Shown one piece after another: positions 13,442-25,641 of a stretch of DNA of 64,000 nucleotides. The position numbers and the translations under genes are program-made. A model generated the notes under the pieces. It was given only the letters and a program-made list of their open reading frames with translations. It was not told the DNA's origin and did no database searches. The stretch lies in the NCBI GenBank assembly GCA_951406725.2, contig OX597815.1, positions 214,396,001 to 214,460,000 on the forward strand, given 5' to 3'. This stretch comes from Octopus vulgaris (lineage: Eukaryota). Every line of letters starts with the position of its first letter. The stretch's first letter is position 1.

Positions 13442-13690
13442 TAACAGAATGCCTTACTATGGATTATAATATATAATACTATATATAAAACTATAACAGC
13501 TATCGTAAAAAGAGGCCGTGAATGAGAAAAACGCCTTGGTGAGCCAAGAACTCACAACGACCTCGAACACACAAGTGCAAACAAGGGAGTCAGAGAAAGG
13601 CAGAATGCTACTTATATCTGAACACTACTACAGAAATATTCTTTTAAAAAAACTTTTCTTCTAATTTTTCTAAATTTAATTATTTAATCG

Positions 13691-13734
13691 TTACAGTTGA
13701 AAAGGTCTCAAAATGACCGAAACCGGTACTGAAA
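13691..13734 (+). ncRNA. Degenerate minimal type I hammerhead ribozyme
   Basis: CAG-TTGAAAA-GGTC(TCAAAAT)GACC-GAAA-CCGG-TA-CTG; two changes from CUGAnGA; palindromic ACCGGT in place of stem III. Confidence 0.5.
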
Positions 13735-13809
13735 GATTCACTATAAAATTATCTTAGCATTTTCTATTTTTGACTTGTTTTTTCATATATATATATATAT
13801 ATATATATA

Positions 13810-14007
13810 CTCTTTTACTCTTTTACTTGTTTCAGTTATTTGACTGCGGCCATGCTGGAGCATCGCCTTTAGTCGAAGAAATCGACCCCAGGACTTATCT
13901 TTTGTAAGCCTAGTACTTATACTATCGGTCTCTTTTGCCGAACCGTTAAGTTACGGAGACCTAAACACACCAGCATCGGTTGTCAAGTGATTTGGTGGGA
14001 CAAACAT

Positions 14008-14038
<31 letters not shown>

Positions 14039-14072
14039 CATATATATGATGGGCTTATTTCAGTTTCCGTCT
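13810..14072 (-). mobile_element. SINE family B, 3' part
   Basis: Reverse complement of the family B tail. Confidence 0.8.
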
Positions 14073-14187
14073 CTATATATATATGATTCACAATCAAGGT
14101 GCAGAAATGGCGTATTCCGAATGAACAAGGTAATGTAATCCGATGGTAGAAAGAATTCCGCGAATTAGGTTCTCCGAAGTCAAATGT

Positions 14188-14382
14188 AACCACATGTGAA
14201 TCGTTGGCGATTTTCTTCCTCCATCTTTCATTCTATTGGACCTTCCTCCGTTTCCGAAGAAGAGCGTCTGCTCAAAATGTTAAACCATATTTCTTTCCTT
14301 CCCTGAGCGTCTGCTGGTATTTTACATGTACCACGTCCTCGCTTTGCTGTTTTTTTGTTTGTTCTTCTTTTCTGGATTTACT
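14188..14382 (+). mobile_element. Hammerhead-bearing short element (family H1), decayed copy
   Basis: Homologous to 52698-52918 and 58580-58772; GTTT-CCGAAGA-A-GAGC..GCTC-AAAATGTT-AAAC at 14250-14285; ends in a TA/CTAT repeat. Confidence 0.7.
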
Positions 14383-14407
14383 ATATATCTATCTATCTAT
14401 CTATCTA

Positions 14408-14448
<41 letters not shown>

Positions 14449-14614
14449 CGTTTCAGGGTCAGCATTCAACTTTTTCTAACTAAAGGGATTTCTAATTACG
14501 CGCGACTGTTTAGCGCGTTTTTTACTTCGAAATTCACTATTATAAAGAAAACTGTTTCATATGCATGTGCGTGCGCGCGCGCGTGTACATGCGTGTATGT
14601 ATGAGTCTTATATG

Positions 14615-14657
<43 letters not shown>

Positions 14658-15149
14658 ATTTGCCTAGATGCGATAGTATTGTTATTTCTTGAAGTACAGG
14701 TTCGTCAGAAACTCAAACTATACTGTGGGATTTCGTGACTCATTAAGACACGCTTTGTTCTATTGTAGATTTAATATTTTATTAACGATTTCTGGTTATG
14801 TTATTTGGTTTTGTTTTAATCTTCTTTCTTTCTTGAAGTCGTATAATTCCTTGCTCTGGGTTTTGATTTGTTTTGTTTCATTTTGCTTTTGTTCTTAGTT
14901 CGGAGTCTTTATTTCTCATTCAGTCTGTCCTTGTACAATGTTTTTGCTACCTAACCCTTCTACAACAGCCACCGCTAATTTTTTCCCATTCTTCTCCGTC
15001 TCTCGCTTTCTTTTATTGCTTTATTAAGAACAACTTATGTAATTGATAGTCTTTCCTACCGCCCGTGTCTTTCTCTCTGTTGTCACATTTACATTACGTT
15101 AACGTCTGGCCACGTCACGATTACTTAAACACTTTGAAAGAAATGGCAC

Positions 15150-15620
15150 TAATCATCATCATCATCGTCATATTCGATATCATCATAGTCATCACCATCA
15201 TCAAGGCCGTCATCATTATCGTCATCATAATCACCACCGTCATCATTGTCGTGATCGTCATCATTATCGTTGTCGTCGTCATAGTCACCACCATCGTCGT
15301 CGTCGTCGTCACTGTCTTCATCATAGTCACCAACATCATCGTCGCTGTCATCGTCATTTTCATCGTCGTCATCATCGCCGTCATCCTTATCGTCATCATC
15401 ATCATCATCATCGTCATCGTCGCCGTCATCATAATTATCACCATCCTCTTTGTCGTCGTCGTCGTCATCATTGTTGTCATCATAGTCACCAACATCATCG
15501 TCACTGTCATCGTCATCATCATCGTCGTCATCATCATCATCATAGTCATCCCCTTCATTGTCGTCATCATCATCGTCGTCATCGACGTCGTCGTCATCAT
15601 CGTCGCCATCATTATCATCT
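15150..15620. repeat. Degenerate (CAT/CGT)n trinucleotide repeat
   Basis: Direct reading; internal duplication CATAGTCACCAACATCATCGTC at about 15322 and 15481. Confidence 0.9.
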
Positions 15621-15842
15621 CCAGCAACGGCTGCAACAGCAATTGCAAATATGAGATTTGTGAGAGCGTCGAACAAAATCGCTCGAGATATTCGTCTCGA
15701 TTCTGCCTTCAGATGCTGCTTTTCACCTTTCCGAACTCGATAAATAAATTAAAAAAAATACCTGTCAGTTACTGGAGTCGATATAATCATTTGTCCCTTT
15801 CTTCTCTCTAACTCAAGGATTTCTTGTCTTGTATCAAACCGA

Positions 15843-15992
15843 TGGCGGCAAGATGGCAGAATCGGATCATTAGGGCACCGGGGGAAAATGCTTGGCAGAA
15901 TTTCTACCAATTCTTTATGTTCCGAGTTCAAATCCCGCTAAGATCAACTATACCTTTCATCTTTTCGGAGTTGATAAACTAAGTACCAGTCG
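15843..15992 (+). mobile_element. SINE family A, diverged
   Basis: Head and core similarity to other family A copies. Confidence 0.7.
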
Positions 15993-16439
15993 TAAAATAA
16001 GTACCCTACAATTCAGTACTTTACAAAACCACGGTTACCTTGGCCACTAAGATAAGTACCTACTTCTAAGGGTCTTTTTCAATCTATCAGACGCTTGCTT
16101 AGAGCAGGTCCGTTCACTAGGACAATGTTCTTCACGCTCTTCCAACTGTCAACAAATTTGGTGGAAGGCAGCAAATGTAATCGACTTAATCCCCTCACCT
16201 CACAATTGCTGGCCTTGTGCCAAAATTAGAAAGAATTATTATTGTCAAGCTGATCCAGGAAATGAGTGTCTTTTTGATTGGCCCTTAAATTCTATTTCCT
16301 TCTATTGGAAATTCTATTCCTTATCATTCTTTGTTATCCATTTTGTTTCTCTTGTCTTCCTGTTTACATCTTTTCTGTGTAAATCTCTTCGATTATTGCA
16401 ATGTCCCCATCCTTTGTACAGTATAACGGGATCTTCTGA

Positions 16440-16705
16440 AGTCGCGTGGCATAGTGGTTAGGGTATTCGTTTCACAATCATAAGTTCGTTGGTTCAATAT
16501 CCGGCGGTAGGTTGTGTCCTTGGTCAAGACATTTTATTTCACGTTGCCCCAGTCCACTCAGCTAGAAAAGATGAATGGTACCTGTATGGCTATTCTTGTC
16601 ACATTCTGGGTCACGCTGAATATCTTTGAGAATTACATTAAAGGTACGTCTGTCTGTGGAGTGCTCAGCCACTTGCAGGTTAATTTCGTGAGATCGAAAC
16701 ATATT
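16440..16705 (+). mobile_element. tRNA-derived SINE (family D2)
   Basis: TGGCATAGTGG A box, GGTTCAATA B-box-like motif, CCTTGGTCAAGACA core; related reverse copy at 36200-36510. Confidence 0.7.
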
Positions 16706-16929
16706 TGACCATAAAATTGGGGCTTAATTTTGGATTAAACAACAACAGGCTTGTTTAATAATATCGATCTTCTTCTGCTTTACTCATAGAACTATGTAAG
16801 ATACCGAGTCCAAATAACATTATAAAATACTTTGGTCCATCAACCGTGTGTATACCATTAAGTACGGTACATTAAGTACGGTACACACATTGCTCTTTTA
16901 ATTTAACACTGTCTTAATTTCGTATACCC

Positions 16930-17330
16930 AATTAATATTCAACCGGACGGCTATTTGCAACATCTCAGAGTTACTCAAGAAACAGGAAGAGAGAGTGAGA
17001 GAAAGTTGGGGCGAAAGAGTACAACAAAAGTCGCCCCCCCCCCCCTGCCAGAGCCTCGTGGAGCTTTTAATTGTTTTCGCTCAATAAACACACACAACGT
17101 CCGGTCTGGGAATCGAAACCGCGATCCTCCGACCGCGAGTACGCTGCCCTAACCACTGGGCTATTGCGCCTCCACCCACACTACCATAGCTATGTAAAAA
17201 CATACCTTGATGAAATTTTACCAAACAGGTAAATTAGACGAAGTGGTTCGATCGAACACCTTCTGCGTTCACCGGAGATAAAACTACTAAGCTTTTTTTT
17301 ATGAGGATATTTAAAACATAAAATTTACGG
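16930..17330 (+). pseudogene. Tc1-like DDE transposase fragment split by a SINE
   Basis: Decayed FQQDGA | PPHY..YLDE..GS..RSPEIKLLSFFL*GYLKHKIY (cf. WPPRSPDLTPLDFFLWGYLK). Confidence 0.6.
16975..17174 (-). mobile_element. tRNA-derived SINE (family C)
   Basis: Reverse complement of GGAGGCGCAATAGCCCAGTGGTTAGGGC..GGTTTCGATTCC; copies at 34243 and 37748. Confidence 0.85.
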
Positions 17331-17914
17331 TGGTGGGTTTGAGATGGGAGCGGGTATGAGTTGTGTATAGTATTGGGAGGGTATATTTCTTGAGATTTTG
17401 ATTATTTGTTTTTAAATTTATTATTTGTACACAATGTTTATCTCCCTGTATTGTGTGCGTCACGTATTATGTTAATTTGGTTAACAGATATACATATGCG
17501 GCCTGCACAACACGGACAACTGTCTTTCGAAGAAACACAACGCCCCCCCCCACCCACCCACACTCTCTTATCATTTAAACTACTTCACTCTCCGCTCAAT
17601 GACTACGCAGTGAGCTTTGAAACAAAACCCCAAAGCATATATTCCTGCGACACCTATGATTCCGTTCCTCACGAATAATAGGGTATTTACCAGTCCTCTC
17701 TAGGGTAGTAGGGTATTTACTAGTCCTATCAAAAGCCAGATTTTTAGTCCCGATTTTTACTAGTCCTATCAAAAGCCAGTGCTCTTAGGCACTGACAGAA
17801 AAACTATATTCACATAGGTCTATATCTTTTATGAACTCTCTGGGGTAGAGATTGACCAACACAAACTACACGGACTGATAATAGAATATTAATAAACAGA
17901 AATAATTCCTTTTA

Positions 17915-18146
17915 GGCGAGCGAGCTGGCAGAACAGTTAGCATGCCGGGCGAAATGCTAAGCGGTATTTCATCTGCTGTTACGTTCTGAGTTCAAATTCC
18001 GCCGAGGTCGACTCTGCCTTTCATCCTTTCGGGGTTGATAAATTAAGTACCAGTTGCGTAATGGGGTCGATGTAATCGACTTAATCCCTTTGCCTGTCCT
18101 TGTTTGTCCCCTCTATGTTTAGCCCCTCGTGGGCAATAAAAAAATA
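17915..18146 (+). mobile_element. SINE family A, full length
   Basis: Head, core and tail present; AGAAATAATTCCTTTT is repeated on both sides (TSD-like). Confidence 0.88.
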
Positions 18147-18722
18147 AGAAATAATTCCTTTTGCCCAGGTATCATACACGCTTCGTACTACATCAGATGC
18201 GTTTCACCAAATCCGCAACTTATAAATTAAATATTGATTTTTCAATTCCTCGATAAAGTTAGGATTAAAAGCATATAAGAAACGACAAATTACTGCAAAG
18301 TATTCAACCTTCAGGGCGAAAATATTCGACACATATTCGAAATATTGTGATTATGACGACAGTGAAACCGGTTGGTAAAATAGGATATTCTTTTTCCTGA
18401 AAGCTTTCTTAAATTAAAACATGCACTGATAGTTATTCAGTAAAACATTTTTTATATAATTTTTTTTTATATGCGAAAACTTTACTATAAATTCTGATTT
18501 TCCTTTTTGTATAAAACTCTTGTGAAAATATACAGTAATATTATAAAGTAAAAATTTGTACCATAACATATTTTATGTGCAAAAATAATTTTGTTTCCCA
18601 ACCACTTCATCAGGGTAGCATTGGGACTTGGAATATAAATAGCCTGAAGAAATACTAAGCATTTTGTCCAGCTTGTGTTGAGTACTAATCCTCATATGTA
18701 TGTATGTATGTGTGTGTGTGGT

Positions 18723-18776
<54 letters not shown>

Positions 18777-19132
18777 ATGGGAGTGGGAATAACGCATTAA
18801 AAAGGTAAGAAACAAAGGGAAAAATTCAAATCGAGAACCGAATGAAAAAAAACCGGTTTTGGCTTTGCCGTTTGCCTTCACATTGTTTATGGAAAGCAAT
18901 TGTGAACTTAGCAATTGTCACGCAGAGTTTCAACACATTTCATACTACAATAAAAAGAAAGATAAAGAGAGGCAACATCTAAACACATGGTCATGTTTAT
19001 TATGCAATAATTAATCATTTGATCATAATTACTTCGCTTCGAAGAAGTAATTAAAATAGATTGAACAACATGCTAGTTAGCATATAAGTTGTTACAACTC
19101 CATTCTGTCTTTGTCCAGCAGCAGTAGTCCAA

Positions 19133-19171
<39 letters not shown>

Positions 19172-19313
19172 ACAATGAGAATAAGTATTCAACACTGCAT
19201 TAGTTCATAAATGTTTTAGTCTGGAAACGAACACCAGTTTTTGTTAATATATTTCTTAGCATAAAACCAATGGTATCCTTAATACACAAATAAATATATA
19301 CACATATAAATAC

Positions 19314-19397
<84 letters not shown>

Positions 19398-19412
19398 GTA
19401 TATATGTATGTA

Positions 19413-19480
<68 letters not shown>

Positions 19481-19485
<5 letters not shown>

Positions 19486-19680
19486 TACTTGTTTCGGTCA
19501 TCAGACTGCAGCCATGCTGGGGTACAGCCTTCAACAACTTTTAGTCGAATAAAGTGACCCAAGAACTATTTTTAAAGCCTGGTACTTATATCGGTCTCTT
19601 TTGTCGAACAACACTAAGTTGTGGGGACGTAATCAACCCAACCAGTTAAGTGGGGTGGTGGATAAACACAGACTCAAAAG
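19481..19680 (-). mobile_element. SINE family B, 3' part
   Basis: Tail homology; abuts a long (TA)n tract. Confidence 0.75.
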
Positions 19681-19725
19681 CACAAATGCACATATACGAA
19701 TGTGTGTGTGTAAGAGTTTGTGTGA

Positions 19726-19763
<38 letters not shown>

Positions 19764-19919
19764 GGGGGGGACACATGACCTAGTGATTAGGGTGCTGCAT
19801 TCACGATCGCGAAATTGTGGTTTCAATTCCTAGACCGGGTGGTGTTTTGTGTTCTTGAGCAAAACGCTTCATCTCACGTTGATCTGCGATCACTTCATCA
19901 CCTGATGTGTAGTACATTG

Positions 19920-21010
19920 CTTCCCTGTTGCACTTCTTGCTGTTCCATCTCCGTCATCTCCTCTTCGTGTTTCTGGGGACACTTAGCTTTCAAGTGTCCC
20001 CGTACTCCACACTGAAAAAGAATGGGAGGTCTTCCTCCACTACAACTCTTAGCTTCGTCTCGTCCGGTAACACTAATTCCTCTGTAATTTTGTGAAGGTC
20101 TGGTAAATTGATGTGGACCGTCACCCCAAGGCCGTATCCCCCACAATTTACCTCTGGTCACCTCAAGGCCGTATCCCCTACAATTTACCTCCGGTCACCT
20201 CAAGGCCGTATCCCCCACAATTTACCTCCGGTCACCTCAAGGCCGTATCCCCCACAATTTACCTCCGGTCACCTCAAGGCCGTATCCCCCACAATTTACC
20301 TCCGGTCACCTCAAGGCCGTATCCCCCACAATTTACCTCCGGTCACCCCAAGGCCGTATCCCCCACAATTTACCTCCGGTCACCCCAAGGCCGTATCCCC
20401 ACAATTTACCTCCGGTCACCCCAAGGCCGTATCCCCCACAATTTACCTCCGGTCACCCCAAGGCCGTATCCCCCACAATTTACCTCCGGTCACCCCAAGG
20501 CCGTATCCCCCACAATTTACCTCCGTAGTTCTTGTGATTTTAAGTATTTTAGTTTCCTCTTCTGTATTATAGAGGATGGCTGCCAACAGCCACGCCTCTT
20601 CAATTTCTAGGGGCGCTCTACCAATCCACACTCTGGCCGCACGTTTGCCACAGTAGGATGGTAGTAGTACCCACTCAGTTGATCTCAAACCACAGTGGAG
20701 TGTTTTATCGCTTCTTGTTCACTCGCGAAGCGTAACGCCACTGTGCCATATTTCTTTCCTCCGGTTAAGCTTTTAATCTCTTTCAAACATTCTTCGACTG
20801 CCTCTTCTGCAGCTATTTCAACTCTTTTTGTAGTAATAGACAGCGTTCTGTATATTACTGTCCTTTTTTCTGTTTTTTTTTTACCATAATTTTCAATTTC
20901 CTTGGGCGGCGTCAGCCTCAGGCTGTCTCCCGCCTTTCGTAACAATTCATTATATGTCTTAAAATTTGTGTCGTTCAGTCGGATTTCTCTTACTTGCAGA
21001 ATATCTGCCG
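19920..21010 (-). pseudogene. Decayed gag-like ORF1 of a LINE (L1/Tx1-like) with a zinc knuckle
   Basis: Consecutive minus ORFs: YGTVALRFASEQEA, RAARVWIGRAPLEIEEAWL, GRPPILFQCGVRGHLKAKCP (degenerate CX2CX4HX4C). Confidence 0.65.
20119..20525. repeat. 37-bp minisatellite, about 11 copies
   Basis: Unit GGTCACCYCAAGGCCGTATCCCCCACAATTTACCTCC; no spacers. Confidence 0.95.
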
Positions 21011-21554
21011 TTAGACTATACCCAGTTACTGCAGCGTAACTGCCTGCTGGAAATAGTTGACTTCCCATAATGTTGTTATTCACAACCCCACCCATAAATG
21101 GGGAAGAAAAAGAAAAATTCACAGGTAACAATAAATTTAACAATCCAGTAATACAACAATTAGGTGCGGTAGACCAACAATTTAAACAAAAACAAGACTC
21201 ACATGAAGCGAACACACATCAAATGCAACAGGGAATCAAATGACTCGACTACAACACCAAATACCTCTCAACAATTAAAGAAAGATGATTTTTAAAATGA
21301 GAATATCTGAAATAAACTCGACTGCTCTCACAAACGAGAATACTAAAAATGGATCCGACCGCTCTCAAAAATTAAATAAAAAACGGGAAAAATAATCTAG
21401 AATCATTATCCGGTACTGGATCGATCCTAAAATCTAATCAGTTCGTGTCAGTCACGAGGACAAACATCCCTGAAAGTTTCAACAGAATCCATCCAGTGGT
21501 TCTTGAGATATATTGTCCGCGAACAAACAAACAAAAACGATAATATTGATAATG

Positions 21555-21995
21555 AATATTAGTTTCAAATTTTGGCACAAGGCCAGCAATTTCGGAGAGG
21601 AGTAAGTTGATTACATCGATACCAGCGCTCGAATGGTACTTATTTTATCGACCTCGAAAGGATGAAAGCTAAATTCGGCCTCGGCGGAATTTGACCCCAA
21701 GACGTAAATAGACGAATGTCGCGAAGCATTTTAACCAGGGTGCTAAAGATTCTGCCCGCTCATTGCCTTATTAATTATGAATATTGGCTTCCGATTTTGG
21801 CACCATGCCAATAATTCCGGAGAAGGGGCTAAGTCGGTTACGTCAATCCCAGCACTCAAATGGTACTTCTTTTAAGGATCTCGAAATGATGAAAGGCAAA
21901 TTCGATCTCGGCGGAGTTTGACCTTAGAACGTAAAGACATGAAATGCCGCGAAGCATTTTAACTAGTATGATTACAATTTGCCATCTCACCGCAT
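21555..21995 (-). mobile_element. Tandem dimer of SINE family A
   Basis: Two reverse copies, each bordered by GAATATT. Confidence 0.75.
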
Positions 21996-22188
21996 ATTGG
22001 TTACGAATATTAATAAAGCATCTGTGACTTAAGTAGTGGTTACAATGCAGGATTTAGAATGACGGAACTAACTCCATTCTCTGAGCCATTTAGCCTCGCG
22101 GTCGATAGTTCCAACTCCACCCATTTATAATTATATAACATTATATGATAAACCAGTCTTATTATGGAACAGCCATAAGAAAGCACAA

Positions 22189-22228
<40 letters not shown>

Positions 22229-22408
22229 ATACATACATTCATACATACATACATACATACATACATACATACATACATACATACATACATACATGCATGC
22301 ATGCATGCATGCATACATACATACATACATACATACATACATACATACATACATACATACATACATACATACATGCATGCATGCATGCATACTTATATAC
22401 ATTATATA

Positions 22409-22785
22409 AAAAGTAAAAAGTAAGAGTCAAATGGAAGAGTAAGTTCGGTTAGGCAGCTTTTTAATCGCTACAAATGTTTCGATACATACAGATCCTCGTA
22501 TACACAGGATTTAAAGGTAAGTTTAAATTAAATTATTTAACGGTTTACCTGTATAACAAGATCTATATGTATCTCATCAAGCGATACTCAGTTGCTGTCT
22601 CCGTAAGCAAATTTAGATTTCCATGCTACAATATTCAGATAAATCGTTAGATAAATTGATTTAAACTTAATTTTAAACCCTGTATATACGAGGATCCGTT
22701 ATGTATCGAAACATTTGTAGCGATTAAAAAGGTGCCTAACCGAACTTACTCTTCCTTTTGACTCTTTTACTTTTTACCTTTTACT
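22409..22785. repeat. Long inverted repeat (Penelope pseudo-LTR-like partial inversion)
   Basis: About 22409-22550 is the reverse complement of about 22635-22785. Confidence 0.85.
22464..22585 (-). ncRNA. Type I hammerhead with extended stem II (C3U variant)
   Basis: ATCGC-TTGATGA-GATACATATAGATC..GATCTGTATGTATC-GAAA-CATTTG-TA-GCGAT. Confidence 0.7.
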
Positions 22786-23014
22786 TCTTATTTTCACACA
22801 CGAGGAATACCTAAGACTAGAATTGGTAGCATACCATAAGAATACTAACGGCTATTTGATAATTCTAAGGGTGAACGAGCTCTATTTGTACTCTTATACA
22901 TTCTTAGCAGAACACACCTCAACTGACTATATACATTATATATATATATGCATATATACATACATACATACATGTACATGTCTACATATATATGTATTTA
23001 TACATGCATATATG

Positions 23015-23345
23015 GGTATAGGACATCAAAAACAAGCGTGAACGAAATGAGAAACGAGAACATAAAAAACAAAAGCATGGAAAACGAACTATTTTTCGAA
23101 CAACGAAAGAAACAAATAGAGAAACGAGACAGGAAACGCAAAGAACATTCCCTTCATCAGTTGTCCCGTTTTATCTACTCCGCGTTTCGAGGGTAGGGAC
23201 AAGACGCGACTTCATTAAAACAGTCCTTCCTACAAAGCAAATTAAATAAAATTTGGGATTTTTTGCGGAGGGTCAATGTGGTAACAAAAGCAGGAAAGCA
23301 AGAACAAAACAGTAAAAGCAAACGGTGAGGGTTTTTAAGCCACAA
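23015..23345 (-). mobile_element. Short TA-adjacent element carrying the permuted hammerhead
   Basis: U-rich 3' tract ending at a TA-rich repeat, as in family H1; single copy here and boundaries uncertain. Confidence 0.45.
23150..23208 (-). ncRNA. Hammerhead ribozyme with non-circularly permuted strand order
   Basis: CGCGTC^TTGTCCC-TA-CCCTC-GAAA-CGCG-(13 nt)-GGGACAA-CTGATGA-AGGG; core intact, stem I 7 bp, stem III 5 bp, stem II 3-4 bp. Confidence 0.75.
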
Positions 23346-23470
23346 CGAGGTGAAGTGGTGAGCGCTGGTAAAACGAGTTTTGAAAAGAGACAGGCAAAAG
23401 CACACGCATGTGAGCATGTATATTTGTATCTATATATATGTATGTATGTAAATATATGTAGTATAAATAT

Positions 23471-24411
23471 GTACAGAGTGTGTAAGATATTTGAAGACAG
23501 ATTTTTGTTTATAAAAAAAACATATATAATAACAGTTAATAATTTTATTTATCAACAATGCTATGAGGATAAAAATAAACCTTCTTTTCTATAATGGTAT
23601 TCAATAAAGTTACCTTCAGCTTCAACAACTGTTTTTATATGAGATCTAAATCATCTACATGCTTGAAACAAGTGGTCCTGGTTCATTTTGGACATTACTC
23701 TGACTATGGCAGCTTTCAAAGAATCTTTGGTTTTATGGGCGTATTCATTGACCTGTGTCTCTCAACAACACTTCACATGTAATAGTCCAATGTACTGAGA
23801 TGTGGGGAATTAGGAGGCCAAATGCTAGGGGTTATGTGATCATGAAAATTTTTAACCATCCATTCCTGTTTTAGTAGAGCCATGTCTGATAGTGCAGAGT
23901 CTTACTGGCCTTCCATTGCATACACTATCAATGCTTACAATTGTTTCCAGGACCTCAATGTAGGCGGCAGAGTTAAGTACAAAGAACTCTAGGGCCTTGT
24001 GGAAGAGGCATCATATGTCCTTCATTGCTTACAAACCCTAACACCACGTTAGTTGCAGTAAAATTTGTATGCATAACACCTAGAACTTCAGAAAGGGTCT
24101 GCACATAACCATCTGTCATTTCTTCTGTTAACATCTTGACCTTGGTCGAAGCTTTTCTCGTTTGAGAAAAACCAATTCAAATCTTCTGCTGAATTTTTCA
24201 GTTTGTTTAAGAGTCTTAGATCTGATGTAGTGATTTTCTTTTGCTTTTTCTGATAAACTGACCTTTCCTCATCATATAAGACTTATATCTGATGTCTTCG
24301 TGGACAACGTTTCTGACTGTTCCTTCTGACACAGGGAGATATTTTGCAATTGATCTCATGGACTTTCTGCGATTGTAATCAATGGTCTGTTGAGCTCGCT
24401 GGATAAATTCA
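23471..24411 (-). mobile_element. Decayed Tc1/mariner-superfamily transposon, 3' part
   Basis: RRKSMRSIAKYLPVSEGTVRNVVHEDIRYKSY HTH; TA-CAGAGTG TIR-like end near 23472. Confidence 0.7.
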
Positions 24412-24514
24412 GGTGCCACGGTGGGACTGAACCCATGACCATGTGGTTGGTAAGCAAGTTACTTACCACACAGCCACTCCTGCGCCTATGCCACACAGCC
24501 ACTCCTGCGCCTAT
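24412..24514 (-). mobile_element. SINE family B head with a duplicated 5' end
   Basis: CCACACAGCCACTCCTGCGCCTAT occurs twice in tandem. Confidence 0.75.
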
Positions 24515-24603
24515 AAGAACATTAACAACTTTAATCGATTTTCGAACCTTATTGACTTCTCATCAAAGGCGTCCACAACATTGTGATAGTCTCCATGTGT
24601 GTA

Positions 24604-25130
24604 TATTAGGTTGGAAACAAAGTGTTGTTGCATTTCAAGATGGTAAAGAAGTAAATGTTTATTTGGTCTTAATTAATATATTTAATCAAGATAACATTAA
24701 TAACATAATCCCATATATTTGACAAATTCTTAATCCCTGGTCGTAACATTCTTCAGTGTCTGACACAAAGAAACACTTAATATCATTTTCAACCATTTCG
24801 CAATTAAGAATTTCCCCCCCTCTAAACAATGATGCAATGATGTGAAAAGAAAATAGTCAGATGAAGTAAAGCCATGAACTTTTTCTGAGTGACTTGAGTA
24901 TTATGCAGTCTTTGCATTATCGTATATGAGCAACACTCAGTTATAATTCACCAATGATCGGCGCTTTTCCTTCAAATGCTTGTGCAATGATACCAGCTGA
25001 CAACTATGCTTCTCCGCATTAACTGTTTCGTTTTGGTTTAACCCATCATCACAGATGACACTCTTCATATCCCACCATACATAGAGCATAACATTTTCCG
25101 TGTTTAATCCTGGTTTGGGGACGGCTTCTT
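24604..25130 (-). mobile_element. Decayed mariner, 3' part
   Basis: KPGLNTENVMLYVWWD (cf. KPGLHPKKVMLCVWWD); TA-TTAGGTTG TIR-like end. Confidence 0.75.
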
Positions 25131-25134
25131 CAGC

Positions 25135-25530
25135 TTGCCACCCAACCACCTAGTTCCGGGTTCAGTGTCACTGCATGGCACCTTGAGTAAGTGTTTTCTA
25201 CTGTAATTTCCGGCCGACCAAGGCCTTCTGAGTGGATTTCGTAGACGGAAACTGAAAGAAGCTCGTCGTATATATATATATATATATATATACATGTGTG
25301 CATGTGTGCGTGCGTGTGTGAGTGTGTATGTGTGCGTATGTGTGTGTTTGTCCTTACACCCATTACCACATGACAACTGGTGTTGGTGCTTAACTTACCG
25401 GTTCGCCAAAAGAAGCCGATAGAATAATTATTAGACTTAAGAAACAAGTCCTGGGGTCGATTTGTTCGACTAAAATTTTCAAGACGGTGCTCCAGCATGG
25501 CTGCAGTTAAATGAATGAAACTAGTAAAAG
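25135..25530 (+). mobile_element. SINE family B
   Basis: Homology to 12354-12768. Confidence 0.8.
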
Positions 25531-25607
25531 AAAAGAAAAAAATATATGTATGTATGTATGAATGAATGTATGTATGTATGTATGTATGTATGTATGTATG
25601 TATGTAT

Positions 25608-25641
<34 letters not shown>

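Noticed and set aside
15065-15811. Asp-rich, Met/Thr-rich or Ile/Val-rich ORFs
   Set aside because: They are translations of a degenerate trinucleotide repeat, with no exon evidence.
20119-20525. CRISPR-like 37-bp repeat
   Set aside because: There are no spacers and no cas genes, and the context is eukaryotic.
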